NCBI RefSeq assembly: GCF_036321535.1
Contig: NC_087436.1
Coordinates: 52,330,001-52,394,000, forward strand
Direction of reading: 5' to 3'
DNA length: 64,000 nucleotides
From: Camelus dromedarius
Taxonomy: Eukaryota
A program made the position numbers and the translations under genes. Under the pieces are notes generated by a model. The model saw only the letters and a program-made list of their open reading frames with translations, was not told the origin of the DNA and did not search any database. Shown in pieces: positions 1 to 12,476 of this stretch; the stretch's first letter is position 1; the number at the start of each line of letters is the position of its first letter.

Positions 1-194
1 AGTGAAATTCTGAGAACAGTTCTAGAAAAAGTGTGAGAAATTCTTTTTATATCATTAAAATATTTACATTAAGAAATACTTTACCAAAAACTGCAAACCA
101 TTCGTGTTTCCCAAGGATGTAAAGTGATTTTTTGATATTAGGACTTCAGGGGTACATGGGAATTCAAACTTATTTTTTGTGCCAACTCTTTATT

Positions 195-470
195 TAAGTT
201 TTAAAACAAATAACATTACATGGCACAAAATTTGAAAAATACAAAGTGAAATTTTTACCTCCTGCCCCTGTTCACTCAATATTCCTCTGTGGAGATAATG
301 AATGTTGCCAGTTTCTTAGTATCTTTCAGAGGTGTTTTATATTAGCAAATATTCTCCAGTTGTGTGTATGTGTGTGTGTTTTATATACTGCTATGTACCT
401 TCCTTTTTTATTTAATAATATAAATTAGAAATTATTCCCTATTAGTACTAAAGATATTTCATTTTAAATG
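195..470 (-). mobile_element. Ancient L1 (L1ME-type) 3' fragment
   Basis: Decayed L1ME-like 3'UTR motifs (acatggcacaaaatttgaaaaatacaaa ... gccagtttcttagtatctttcagag). Continues after an L2 insertion. Confidence 0.55.
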
Positions 471-479
471 TAGTTCAAC

Positions 480-710
480 ACCACCTCACACTGCCTATCT
501 TCCACATTCCCTATCTTCCTTACTTTTTTTCCAAAGTGAACTAATCACCATCATTTATTTGTTTATTGCTTCTGACACCCAACTAGAATATTAACTACAT
601 GAGGGTATTTTCAACTATTTAATTTGTTGCATGAGGCTCCAGTGCCTGATACAGTGCCTGGGACATAAGAGACACATGATAAGTAATTAAATTTGTTTAA
701 TGAATGAATA
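480..710 (+). mobile_element. L2 LINE 3' end
   Basis: Typical L2 tail: ctagaatattaactacatgaggg...cagtgcctgatacagtgcctgggacata...tgaatgaat. Confidence 0.7.
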
Positions 711-995
711 TGTTGGCTTTTATAGCTATATTTTATTCTACTGCATGCACTTAACAAAATTTATTTAGCAGGTCTCCTATTGATAGACATTTAAGTTGTG
801 TCCAGTTTTTTGCTATTACAAGCTCTGCTGCAAGAAACATCCTAGTACATATATTAATTAAACCATGAGCTAAGATATCTTCAGGGAAAATTCAGGCTCA
901 AAGGATGTGGGAATTTTTCATCTTGATAGATAATGCCAAATTACTTTCTTTGCAAGTAATACTGATTTATACTTCTATCACCAATATGTATATGC
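711..995 (-). mobile_element. Ancient L1 (L1ME-type) fragment
   Basis: cctattgatagacatttaagttgtgtccagttttttgctattacaa...gatagataatgccaaattactttc matches antisense L1 ORF2 end/3'UTR. Confidence 0.65.
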
Positions 996-3107
996 ATAAG
1001 TAAAATTAATTTATTTAAGGGAAATGATACTAATTAAAACTGAAATGCACACGGCACTTTTTTCTACTAACGGAGTAAGTTAGAGACTTAGCTTTAATAT
1101 AAAATTAATATAGTTCTTTGGTTTTAGAGAATAACAACTCTATACTGAAGCCTAAAATAAATGTTAATTTAGTGTCAAGGCTAAGAATTCTATATGTTCA
1201 ACTCCTAAGTAAAAATTATGATTAAAAAAAATGCATTGTGTCCCAACAGTAAAATCATGGCATCAAAAGTCTGAGCCAAGAAACATTAATTAGTTTGGTT
1301 ATTAATTATACTCATTTCTAAAAACTCATAAGTTTCTTCTGCATTTCACTGACCTTCAGTGCAATATAAATTCAACTGGGAATATATCTTTGGCCTCATC
1401 TCTACTTATTATCCTGAAAATTCAGTTTACTCTAATGTTAGAGGCTGCAAAACTGTAACAAGAAGGGAGATTCAAATCTTATAAGCAGTGTTGTGAATGA
1501 AAAAAGCAAGATGTGTTATGTGCAAAGGCACAGGTATCTTTTACCAAAACAGTTTGTCTAATTTGTAATTAGGAAGATTAAAATATTTAGTGAACTACTC
1601 CAAAGGGGAAAAGGATTAGAAATCTTGATTAAGAAAGTATTACTCAAAGAAGGAACTTGCTGAGCCTAGTCCCTCTCCTTGTCCCCCACACCGCCAAAGG
1701 AAATAAATCTTGTTTTAACCTGGAGACAAGGAGCAAACATTATTCTCTCTGTGAATCTTGTTGGAAGTGTGTAGAGGGAGCTCTTTAAAACCAAGTGCAG
1801 TTGCTCATAGTGCTTCAAATAGCAATATTTCCTTTCAAATGGCATATTACCAGGCTGCCTGAGAGAAAACAGCTTCTGCTTGGGATATAGACAATGAACA
1901 TGGGAAATTATTATACAGAGAACCCAGAACTAGTTTGAAACCTACTGATGCAAAATATAAAAACAATTATTTAATGTGAAGACTTGTTTAATAAAGAAAT
2001 GCTAATATTTATTTTTGAAGATGCTTGAGAATTTAAAAGAAACTTCATTACAAATTAAAAAAAAAAAACTAGTAAACTTCCATAAAAGAAAAATTTTCCT
2101 GTTGATTGACTGAGTTCTTGATGTAACCTTAATTTAATGTGATGTGTCTTCCTCAGAGAGAGAATTTCCCAAATATGAGCAGAGGCAGGATCAGGACTTG
2201 AACTGTAGTAGGACTAACTAGACCCTGGAAGTCTAGGATCTGATATGATAAACCAACAGAATTTTCAAGGGTCAAAAAGTAGGTGTTAAAAATTAATTTT
2301 GGTACATAATCAAATAGGTGAGCCAGTGGATGATTGGCACCAGAGGTGATGGATCTTGAATGAGAACAATTCGAGGTCCAGATGTAATGCGCACCAGGGA
2401 GATGGGGCAATTGTAGAGGCAGGTAGTCTCAGAGACTGAGGTGGAGAGGCAAGATTACTTATCAGAACAAGACAGGCCCTCATTCATGGAGAAATGGAAT
2501 GGCAGACTAAGACCAGTGTAGCACATCAAATATGAATGAAAGGCAGCCTCAGCAAAACTTTCTAATCTTGTACAAGTATTTTGTTTCTTTTGTTGTTGTC
2601 CATCTTACCAGCCATTCTCCCCCTTTGTTTGTTTCTGCCCACTCAGACTACTGCAACAGGGTCATGATACCTGTACATCTTTGGGTATTGACCCAACTTG
2701 GCCACAGATTGCCTTTCTCTTGATTCTGTTCAATCCTCAACCACCTAGTCTCAGTAGTGAGTTTTTGGATACTGGAATCTTAACAGAATATTCAACTTAG
2801 TGCTGGACTATCTTCTCTTGAGTCACTTTTTTATTTTTAGATTGATGTATAGTTGATTTAATAACTCAGTCTTGTTCACTGACCTTTGGCTTAGAGAACT
2901 CAAGATTTCTCATTTTTGGGGCCCTACTCACTCACAGTTTCTCTCATAGTGTCACTCTCTGAACTGTCTCCCTGACCTGTCCCCACTCCCAAAGGTAGAG
3001 AGTGCCTTTCCCTGGACATACCCAGGGATCAATATGGACAGCCATTCAGATTCGGGGGAAATAGGAAAAGGACCCAATTATTGTGTAATCAAACATTGGC
3101 AAATATT

Positions 3108-3340
3108 GATGGTAATGATAATAACTGTGGCTCAGGAAATAGATGCTGTGCTAAGTGCTTTTCAAAGATTTTCAAATTTATTTCTCACAGTCTTCTAGGG
3201 AGATAACATATCATCCCAATTTTAATAAGGATGCTAAGAGAAGGAAAGATAAAATAAAATAAGGAAAATCAGGTAACTTGGCCAAAATGCACAGGAAGCA
3301 ATCCAGAATGTCAACCAGGCTGTCTCTCTCCGGGGCCCCC
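3108..3340 (-). mobile_element. MIR SINE
   Basis: Antisense MIR core: tgctgtgctaagtgctttt...atcatcccaatttta...aggtaacttggccaaa. Confidence 0.6.
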
Positions 3341-3748
3341 CATTTTGCACAGGCACAGGATCACAGCTACAGTAAGAAAACACTTAACTTCTTAACTTCT
3401 TGCTGGTAACTAGTGACCTGGATTTCTAAAATTAACTTGAGAGGAAACAGGATTGGTTTCAGACTTCTGGGTGTGCTGAACCTTCGGGCAACTGCTAGAT
3501 ACAGGTAGTCTTAGATTTAACCCAGCTGAGCTTGCAGATTTTTATTGGGTAGGAACATTGAGAAGACTTCTGACCAATCTATCAGGAACTTTTACTGCAT
3601 GTACCATTAAGTAGAAAATTTCTTATTGGTCTCATCAGAAGATAGGGTCTCAGAGACTTGTTAAATGCTCACCAATCCTTTTTCCTCTTTTTGGACATAT
3701 AAAAAGGCCATTATAGTTAGGTTGGAGCAGTATGGCTAGGTTCTTGCC

Positions 3749-4232
3749 TGCAGGGACCTTAAACTGACCCTAGCCTCTCATGCAAGTACATGCCCTTGAT
3801 AACAGTTCACAGAGTCACAAGCAGTTGTAAGTTCCTGATAAGACTCCCCCAGCAGCCCTTGTGATCAATAGTTTCCACTGCCTCCCCTTGTCTGTATGCC
3901 TCATGGGCACCTTAGAAAGGCCCTACTCTTTTGTGGCTTACCCAAACCCTACTCTTTTGAGTTAAATTGGGCAATCTGGCCCTAGCCTGGGAACCCCAAA
4001 GCACTCCACCCATGGACCCTAATAGGCTGGTTTTCCAAGTCCTGCCTCTCTTTATATGTACTCTGCCTTGATTTTCCTGTGTGGTGTACAGTGTACTTCC
4101 TCCAGGACCTGTGATTAACAAACTTCTCTGCTTCAATTATTTTAATTTCTCTTGTAGTCTGTTGTTGAACACTGGGTCACCATGTGGCACTCTGCTCCAC
4201 TCAACAAATGCTAATTTAACAAAGTCGTAACA
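3749..4232 (+). mobile_element. ERVL-class solo LTR (MER74/MER73-like)
   Basis: LTR with gggaaccccaaa...catggaccctaata, ccaggacctgtga and the end caacaaatgctaatttaacaaagtcgtaaca (terminal CA at 4232). Preceded by a short MLT1-like fragment (~3657-3748). Confidence 0.6.
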
Positions 4233-4919
4233 GAAGGTTGGCAGTACAAAGATGGGGGCGGGTAGGGGGAGAGAAAGAGAAAGGGAATAACTCTATAAAA
4301 ATTTGTAGTTACTATTCTTTGGTATATTTTTAAGAAGATTTATTCCCAGTGGAAGGAAAACAAGCTGTTTGCTTTGAGTCACAAAAATAAAAGTTTATCG
4401 GCGTCTAAACTTAGGAATGAATGCAAGTCAGTTGTATGATGTAAGTCCTCTCCCAGGCAAAGAAATGGCTACAAGTTAATAAAGTCTTTATTTCTTCATT
4501 GCTTCCTTATTCCAATATTAGAATAGACAGAGTCCAACAGAGTCTTATAGGGCAATTATTCAATGAATAGGAGGTATATTGTCTATGCTTAATTGTATTA
4601 AGAAAGAGGATGTTTGGTGGTATAAGGGACCCTAACAAGTTGGCACTTTAAAAAACAAAGTCAGAGTTTAAAAAAGCAATGCAAGAACTCAACTCTTTTA
4701 ATTAGCAATCATGCATTAAGCTGGTGTGTTTATGCCAGAGATCCAGAAATGTTGAACTGACATTTGCTTTATTCTTTCTGACATGTTGACAGGTGCCCTT
4801 GGAAGAGCACTTTTCAAATACCACAAGTGCAGATGTGATCAGCAAGTTTGAGGGTTTACTGACTTACTATTGATACCTTATTTGCTATCTCAGTTGTAGC
4901 TACCAGGAGACAGTTCTAT

Positions 4920-5830
4920 GTATTTTTTTTGACTCCTAACATTCACTCTGCTGATTGGACATACAGAATTCTCTTGTATACCATTCTATGAATGTACCAC
5001 AATGTATTTACCTACCATGATGGACATTTACATTGTTTTAAGAAGTGCTATTATATAGATAATCTCATAATGGACATTGTTCCGCGTATCTCCTTGTGCA
5101 CATGTATAAGAGTTTCTCAAGGACATATACTTGGAAATGATATTGCTGGACTGTAGGTAAGAACATTTGCAATAAATTTAGTGAAAATTTATTCTCCTAC
5201 ATGCCTGGACAAATTTATTTCTTCAGATATTCACCAATATCTCAAAATGGTCTCACTTGAAAACTTTTGCCAATGTTATATTTGCAAATCTTTGATTGCT
5301 ATTGAGGTTAAATTGAGAATCATTGTGCATATTTATTGGAAATTAGGGCTTTATTGTCTGTAAAGAGCCTATTTAAATCCTTTGCCATTTTTTCTTATCA
5401 GATTAGCGATTTGTAGGAGTTTTTTTCTTTGTAGGATTTGTAGAAATTCTCATCTTTTGCCAGTTACATGCATTGCTAGTGTCTTTTCTCAGTCTGTGGT
5501 TTATCTTTTAACTTTGTTTATGAAAGCATCTATTTCATGGTGTTTATCATTTTAATGTGATTAGCTTTATTAGTCTTTAATTCTGGAATTTGTACTTTTG
5601 TGTCTTAAGAAATTTACTTGTCTTACTGTAAATTCACAAGGACAAGTAGAATTAGTTTTAAAATACTGTGTAATGATCTAATTTTATTTTAATTAGCACA
5701 CGGACAGTTGTCCTAGCACCATTTGTTAAATAGCCTATCCATTCCTTATTAGTTTAATGCCTTTTTTTTACACATATCAGATTGTCTTATTCATGTGGAT
5801 TTATTCCTGGATTTTCGATAGTACTTCATC
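4920..5830 (-). mobile_element. Old L1 ORF2 3' part/3'UTR fragment
   Basis: Antisense L1 motifs (gatggacatttacattg, ttgctggactgtagg, cagttgtcctagcaccatttgttaaatag). Confidence 0.65.
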
Positions 5831-6335
5831 AGTATGCTGTTTTTTAGATTTTCTTTATCAAATTGAAGACATTCCCCTCTATGCCTGGTTTGTTGAGTTT
5901 TTTTTTTTTTTTTTTAATCATGAATGGGTGCTGGTTTTTTTTAATTGTTTCTTTTCGCAGCTGTTGAAATGATCATGGGATTTTTTTTCTTTGGCTTGTT
6001 GTTATGGATTATATTAATTGGTTTTCAAATGTTGAATCATATTCCAAATGTTACATACTTGGAATAAACCCTATTTGGTCTTTGTGTATAATGTTTTTAT
6101 GCATTGTTGGATTAGATTTAATAATATTTTGTTGAGAATTTTTACATCTGTGTTTGTGAGAGAGATTGATCTGTGGTTTTTCTTCTCTCATAATGTCTTT
6201 GTCAATTTTGGTCTTAGAGTAATGCTAGCCTCATAGAATGAGTCAGGTAACATTCCCTCTGCTTCTATGTTCTGAAAGAGATTGTAGAAAATTGGTGTAA
6301 TTTCTTCTTTAAATGTTTGGTAGAATTCTCCAATT
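5831..6335 (-). mobile_element. L1 ORF2 (RT region) fragment
   Basis: Clear antisense L1 ORF2: aatattttgttgagaatttttacatctgtg...ggtagaattc. Confidence 0.85.
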
Positions 6336-6592
6336 TGCAGTTTAAGTTTTTCTACCACAGCACTAGTTCTGGTATATGTTGATGCTCATGGGTTTCTGCA
6401 ACAATAAGCTTTGATTCTTTGTTTATGCATGTCTGTTTCTTCAACTTTTGGTGCAGTGGTTTGCCCTGTGACCTCAATTTTCTGATGGATCTAAGAAAAT
6501 TTGTTGATTTTCAGTTCGTTCAGTTTTTACGTGTTGTAAGGATGGCATGATGACTTCCAAGCTCTTTACAGGCCAGACTGCAAACTGGAAGT
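6336..6592 (-). mobile_element. L1 5'UTR terminal fragment (L1M4/L1MC-MD-type)
   Basis: gtggtttgccctgtgacctcaatt...gatggatctaagaa...gacttccaagctctttaca resembles old mammalian L1 5' ends. Confidence 0.55.
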
Positions 6593-7484
6593 GCTTAATT
6601 TTATTTTTAACATGAAACACTGGATATTTTCTGTAGTTAATAAAATAAGTTTTTCCAGTTTTTTTTTGTTTTACATTTTTTTCCTGTTAATAGTTAATCT
6701 TACTAACCTATTTTTAAATTTCCATGGACAGCATTCTTTCTTGTATCTCATAATTTCCCTCTGGGCTCAACTTTTCTTTTTGCTTAAGTACATCCCTTAA
6801 TTAATTTTTTAATAAGGGACTGTGGGTGGTAAAATCTCTTGATTTATCTTAATATCTAAAAATATCTTTATTTTCCTTTTTTTTTTTACCATAGCTCTGG
6901 GAAGAACCCAGGGCTGCAAGTATATTCAAAGTATTGATTAGTGTGTCCTATAGTTCACATTAATTCTTGAAGTTAGTTGTGTTCTTCATCTGCCCATGAG
7001 CTGAGTAAGTAACACCTGAGTTGTACTGCCTTGATTTCTAAGTGACAGAATAACTACTTTTATAATTCTAAGTTGACAGTTATTTTGCCTAGAAATCCTA
7101 AGGTATTACTCCATTTGTTCTGGCTATTGATTTTCTGGGTAATATTAGGAGTATTTCAAATCTACTCATATATGCAAGAGATGGTATGATTTGTTTTACC
7201 AGTCTGAGTTTCAAGAAGTAAATCTAGGTCTGGTCCTTATCTGATTTAGAGCACTTATGAATATGACGCCTTATAAACCAATGGTTTCAGCCATGCTTTC
7301 TGATTTTTTTTCTGTTTTTTCTGTTTTAATTCACAAAATTATATATAGTCTTTAAAAATCCAACATTTTGTTTTGGTTTTATTTGGTCTTCTCTTTTCTG
7401 TCATTCCCATATATTTGATTCAGAAGTTTGCCTTTGTTTACTAATCTATCATTAGCAGATTTTGAATTTTATTTCTAAAAAGTG

Positions 7485-8240
7485 TATGACCATGTTACAG
7501 CTCTGATTAAGATATGTTTTGGCTTTCCTTGATATTCAGGTTAATAACTTTTAATATGGCCCACAAACCCTTCAAGTCTGACCCCAGATAAGGCTTACAG
7601 CTTCGTCTCATACCACACCCTTGAATCCATGCTCCATTCTAGTGATACTGTTTCCTCCTCGTTCCAAAATATGCATTATGTCAAGCACCCGAGCCTTGGC
7701 ACACGTTGACATAATCTATCTCGAGTGAACATCCTTTCCCTCCTGGCCATCTTCTGCTTAATCTTCTTTATATTCCTCTAATTTCACCAAGCAAAGTTGT
7801 ATATCACTGACACTGTAGTCTCCTTACTTAAGACTGTCATAACTCTATTGTTATTTACAAACATGTCAGTTTTATTATCTAGCGCCTCTGCTATCTAGTA
7901 AAACTTTCTACGATGATGCTAATGTTCTACATCCACACTGTTCCATCGAACCTTGTGTGATGATGGAAATGTTTTACACCTGCAATGTCCAATGTGGTAA
8001 CCACTAACCACATGTGATTACTGAACGCTTAAAATAGGTTTTCATGTGACTAGTTAAATTTTTATTTTAATTAATTTAAACAATTATACATTTAGTGGTT
8101 ACTGTATTGGAAAGTATAGTTCAAGATTCTGAATTGCTTTAAGAGCAGAGAAGATGTGTTGACTACTTTTTTTTGTGATGTTCAATGGCTAGTCCATAGT
8201 GGACACTCACTAGTCAGTGATGATTAAATGAAGGAATGAG
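7485..8240 (+). mobile_element. L2 LINE 3' part, interrupted by MER3
   Basis: L2 motifs (gaccatgttacagctctg, gagccttggcacacg). The tail resumes at ~8121 and ends aaatgaaggaatga. Confidence 0.6.
7881..8120 (+). mobile_element. MER3 (hAT-Charlie non-autonomous DNA element) with duplicated 5' unit
   Basis: gatgatggaaatgttttacacctgcaatgtccaatgtggtaaccactaaccacatgtg...gtggttactgtattgga. The 5' ~50 bp unit occurs twice. Confidence 0.75.
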
Positions 8241-9225
8241 GAAATTCTAAAAGATTAAGGAATTAATGCTTCTACTGAGAAGCTGAACAAATCAAGGGAA
8301 CATGTTACTACTTTAGCAGAAAATAAGCTTTTATTATTTTTAGTTAGATCTAAACTATGTCAGTGGTTTAGTTTTTGCAGGTTTCTGAGGGGAAAAAAAA
8401 AAAAAAGTACAAGCACTAAAGACTAGGGTGGCTTAGAAAGTCCACAGATGTGTGTTTTTGACAACTGAAAGATTATTTCATGTTGAGTTTTCTCCTAATG
8501 GTTTTAGAAAAGGTCAGTACCAAACGTAAGCAAACTGATGTTGCGAAGTTTTCTTTATTTAGAAACCTGATTCCTAGCAGGAAAAAGTAGCTGTTTTATG
8601 TCCTCACAAATAACATCAATTGTCCCTTCTTCAGTCTATAATTTTAAAAGTCCTTTTACTTCTAGTTTATTCAATAGAGAAATTTGAATTCCCCTTTGGG
8701 ATTGGAGCACCAAAATTTTTTTTTAGATTTAGTATTTTTTATTATTGTCCAGAAAACAAATGGGGAAAGCTATTTCAGGAAAAACAATAACAACGTTAAG
8801 TCAGCCTTTTCATCAAGTTCATAGGTTGACTCATACTGTAGAAATTTTTTATTATTATTATTTTTAATCCTATGAGAGTAGTAGGAACAATATGAAATTT
8901 CTTTGGTGGAAATAGTGTGCAGAAAAAAATGCTATTGGGGAGATGAGCCAAGAGAGTAGATAATTACTAAACTCTGTTGTAGTTGTGTACCTGCAACAGT
9001 TTCAGAGATTGCATTCCAACCATGAACTGTGGTCCTCTGGTTAGATCATAATTTCACCAAGTGAACATTCTTAATGTGTCCACTTTCCTTTAGTGAAATA
9101 TCTGAGATTTTTAGAGAAGCCAAAACTGCTATAGAACTTCATTAAAATTTATTTCTGGAGCTATGATTCATCTTGGGAATCATAAATCTTTTGATACTTC
9201 AGAGTTTTTTGCTGAACAGTCCAGA

Positions 9226-9627
9226 GTATCATTCAGAATAAGCTAAGTTATGCAGCCATAACAAATAGCCCTCAGGTCCCTCAGACCTCAGAGGCTTAAA
9301 ACCCAACAAAAGATTAATCCTTGCTCTACTCTTCACCTCCAGTAGGTAACAGGGGGCTTATAGTCATTCTTGACCCAGGCTGGCCCACGTTCCACCTTGA
9401 CAAAATACATTTAGTTTCCTTTTGCAGGAAAAGGAAAGGGGAATGTGGCAGATTGCACAGTGGCCCTTATAGCTCTGCCCAGAACTGACACACATCGTGA
9501 CTGCTACATTTATCTGAACAAATACAGGTGATTTTGTAATTTCAAACTTTGAGAGAAAAAGTGCAAACCTATCATGGCCTCGAAAGAGGGGAGAAGCAAA
9601 TATGTGCGAGCAGCCCAGTGGTGACCA
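9226..9627 (-). mobile_element. MaLR LTR (MLT1L/K-like)
   Basis: Starts gtatcattcagaataagctaagttatgcagccataacaaa...ggcttaaaac and ends aaatatgtgcgagcagcccagtggtgacca. Confidence 0.7.
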
Positions 9628-9644
9628 GAATATGTGCCCCAATA

Positions 9645-9870
9645 TAGTGGTTCAGTAGGATGTTAAAAGGCATTTGGAGAGGAAAGGATTCCAAGGTCCA
9701 ATAAACTTGGGAAATTTAAGTCAAAGTGGCATATATTTCTTCATTGTGTGATTGTTAGTATTTAATACTATAAAGTGAATTTTGAATATCTTAGAAGGAG
9801 TTATAATATGAGGTATTTCCCTAATACTCTGGGATTTTTTTCTTCACAGAGTATATAGAGCAGCACTGTT
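9645..9870. mobile_element. Decayed hAT-Charlie-like DNA element
   Basis: aaaggattccaaggtccaataaacttgggaaa...gtatttccctaa resembles old Charlie derivatives. Confidence 0.4.
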
Positions 9871-11156
9871 TGTCTAGTGGTCTTTTCAAGATGGACTAGA
9901 TGAGATACTTTCTGAGCACCTCTTTATTTTAACTAATTTCTCTTTATTTGTGGATTGCTTATCTAATATTCATTTCAAAAATAATAAAGATCAGATATTT
10001 AATATAGAAATACAATGAGCAACTTTTCCAAATTAAAGATCATGTATGTCTAACTGGAGCTCTTTTTTTCCCCCAGAAAAGTTATGTTACATTGCTGTTG
10101 ATGAATGTTGAAGTCTATAGTAGAAAACAGATTATAAAGTCGACTTCAAATTTCTCTGAAGTGCTGCAGTATTGTCCAAGGCTTTAAACGAACCACCTGA
10201 ACATGGTACTTCCAAGTTTAAAGTTTGACAGTGATTTAGTTTTTAAAAGATTGCCAGGTATGACTTATCTATGAGGACAATGAATTAAAAATTAGTAAAT
10301 AATGTTTTGTATGCTACCTGGTTGATTAAAATTCATTAACATTATGGTTTTTTGGAGGAAAATATAACATTTTTAGTAACTGTTACATGGCATACTGGAA
10401 CTGGAAGTCTTAGGGACGATAACAGGTTTTCAAGTATTTTTAATATCATAAAAATTTTTTAATTAAAGTATAAAGAATGATCACACATGGACATAAAGTT
10501 AAATAATGGGGGAAGTCTTAGAGATAATGTCTTAGAAATAGAATTAATGAGCCACCTCTCCAGAACTCTTACTCGGTAATCTCACCTATTAGGAATACAG
10601 TTGTGCATCAGGAAACAAGTTACAAAAATTTACCTAAGGAGACAAAAGTAGAGTCACAGAACCCCTAAAATAACATTTATGAATTCTTTAGTTGCTAACT
10701 CACTTCCAAATTACCCTTATTTTGCAAACAACACTAACTAGGGTAGTTGTTTGGTTTTTAGTTACAGAACTAGGAGCAACATATGAAAGAGTGCACGTTG
10801 CCAAAGAGGAATACATATTGAGAGCAGTGAAAAGTGAATGAGTGGTCCAGACAAGTGACTGAATGTGAAATGCCAAAAATGCAGTAGTCTGGGATGGGTT
10901 TTCCTAGGGCCAAATAAGCAAGTAAAATAATTCATACTGATGATAAACCTTAGTCACCAAAAAATGTTAATTATTTTCAATGCAGTAGCTGAAATAATAT
11001 TTTTGAAAAAGTTTTATGTCCAAAACTAATTTTTTAAAAAAGGAAAAAGGTGGGTAAAAGCCTGGATCCTAAGAAGCTGTCAACTCAGTTATCCAGAATG
11101 ATCCAGGCTCCAAGGGTTTTCAGTTCTTCCTTCTCCTGGTCTTGAGAAACAAACCG

Positions 11157-11186
<30 letters not shown>
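11157..11186 (+). repeat. Poly(A) tract, 30 nt
   Basis: Uninterrupted A30 followed by gaaaagaaag. Confidence 0.95.
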
Positions 11187-11188
<2 letters not shown>

Positions 11189-12220
11189 AAAGAAAGGCAT
11201 TTTGACCTATAGGTGGCAATAGTGGTATTGTTCAAGGCAAGCACAAAAAGATGGGGTAGATAAAGGGACATAATTTAATGGCTCAACAAAAAAGATAATC
11301 AGATCTGAAATTCATTTTTGATGAATATAATGAAACCTTGTATGTCGGAGGCATTCAGAAAATATTTGCTAATTAAAAATATAAAAGGAAATTTTTAGAA
11401 AAATGTAAAAAACATCAGAGGCTGATTTAGTTATATGGTTTCTTATTACTGAGAACATGTAATATTACATATATAATATATGTATTGTACAGGTATATGC
11501 TATCTGTTTTCAGGTCTGCTTCTAGTCTTATCTCTGGCTTCCTTTTCCCACTCTCTGCAAAGCCATCATAGCAAAGTCCTTTGTTAGACCTATATGCTTC
11601 AAAGGGTTAGTTTAGTCCCAACAGTGACTTTCCATGCACTCTCCAAAGATTGACCTGGCATCCATTCCATGCTGTACTCTTTAATTAACATTAATTAATT
11701 CACTCCTTTTTGAGTTTTCAATTTGCCTAGATGAGGCATTATAAATTAGAAAATGTAACATACTCAGATTATAATTTAAAGGGCTCTCAGCTGATAGTTA
11801 ATTAGCTTGATTCAGGAAGGATAAACCAAAAGAATGAATTTTTAATGCTAATTTAAATGACATTAGTTGCTATGGGCAGAATGATTAAAATGCCACTGTT
11901 TGAAGAAGAAAGATTAGAATGCAACAGTAGTGGCAACCATGGATGATCAGTGGTTTTTGTATCTGTGCCAAGATGATAAGACACTCCATCACCTGCCCAC
12001 AAAAAACCTTGATGAGTTCTGGAGGGTTATTTTGGTCTGACCAGGACATATAGTGGACGAATTGTGAATGTTCCTGTCTTTTAACATGGTTCCATTCATT
12101 TCTCTTCAGGAATGTAATAGAGCAGAGTAACATGTTACAGTGAGGTGTATTTTACCTCACTTGCTGCATTCATGGCATGTAATGGGGGGTTGATACCAGA
12201 TTGTCCTTCCAGTCATGTTG

Positions 12221-12456
12221 AACAACCACTTATATAGTACTTGTTAGATGCCAGGTACTGTCCTAAGCATTTAAAAAATATTAACTCAGTTAATCATCAT
12301 ACATTTACAAGTTTTGCACTATAATCACTTCCTGTTTTTCATATAGAAAATAGAGGCACAGAGATTTTAAATAATTTGTTCAAGGTCACATAGGTGGTAG
12401 GTGGCAGATCCCAGATTTGAACACAGGCAATGTGACTTCAGTGACTGTCCTCTTAA
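12221..12456 (-). mobile_element. MIR SINE
   Basis: atgccaggtactgtcctaagcattt...gaggcacagag...caaggtcacata...gatttgaacacaggca. Confidence 0.85.
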
Positions 12457-12476
12457 ATAGAAAATAATTGTGTTGC

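Noticed and set aside
2140..3050. Possible very ancient LTR fragments
   Set aside because: LTR-like composition and an ...aatcttaaca end, but too degraded for me to assign family, strand or limits.
11157..11186. Poly(A) as the tail of a processed pseudogene
   Set aside because: No TSD, no adjacent AATAAA and no coding-like sequence upstream.
11939..12040. 33-aa smORF with good Kozak context (accATGG; MDDQWFLYLCQDDK...)
   Set aside because: No promoter or splice support and no recognisable homology. The length is expected by chance.
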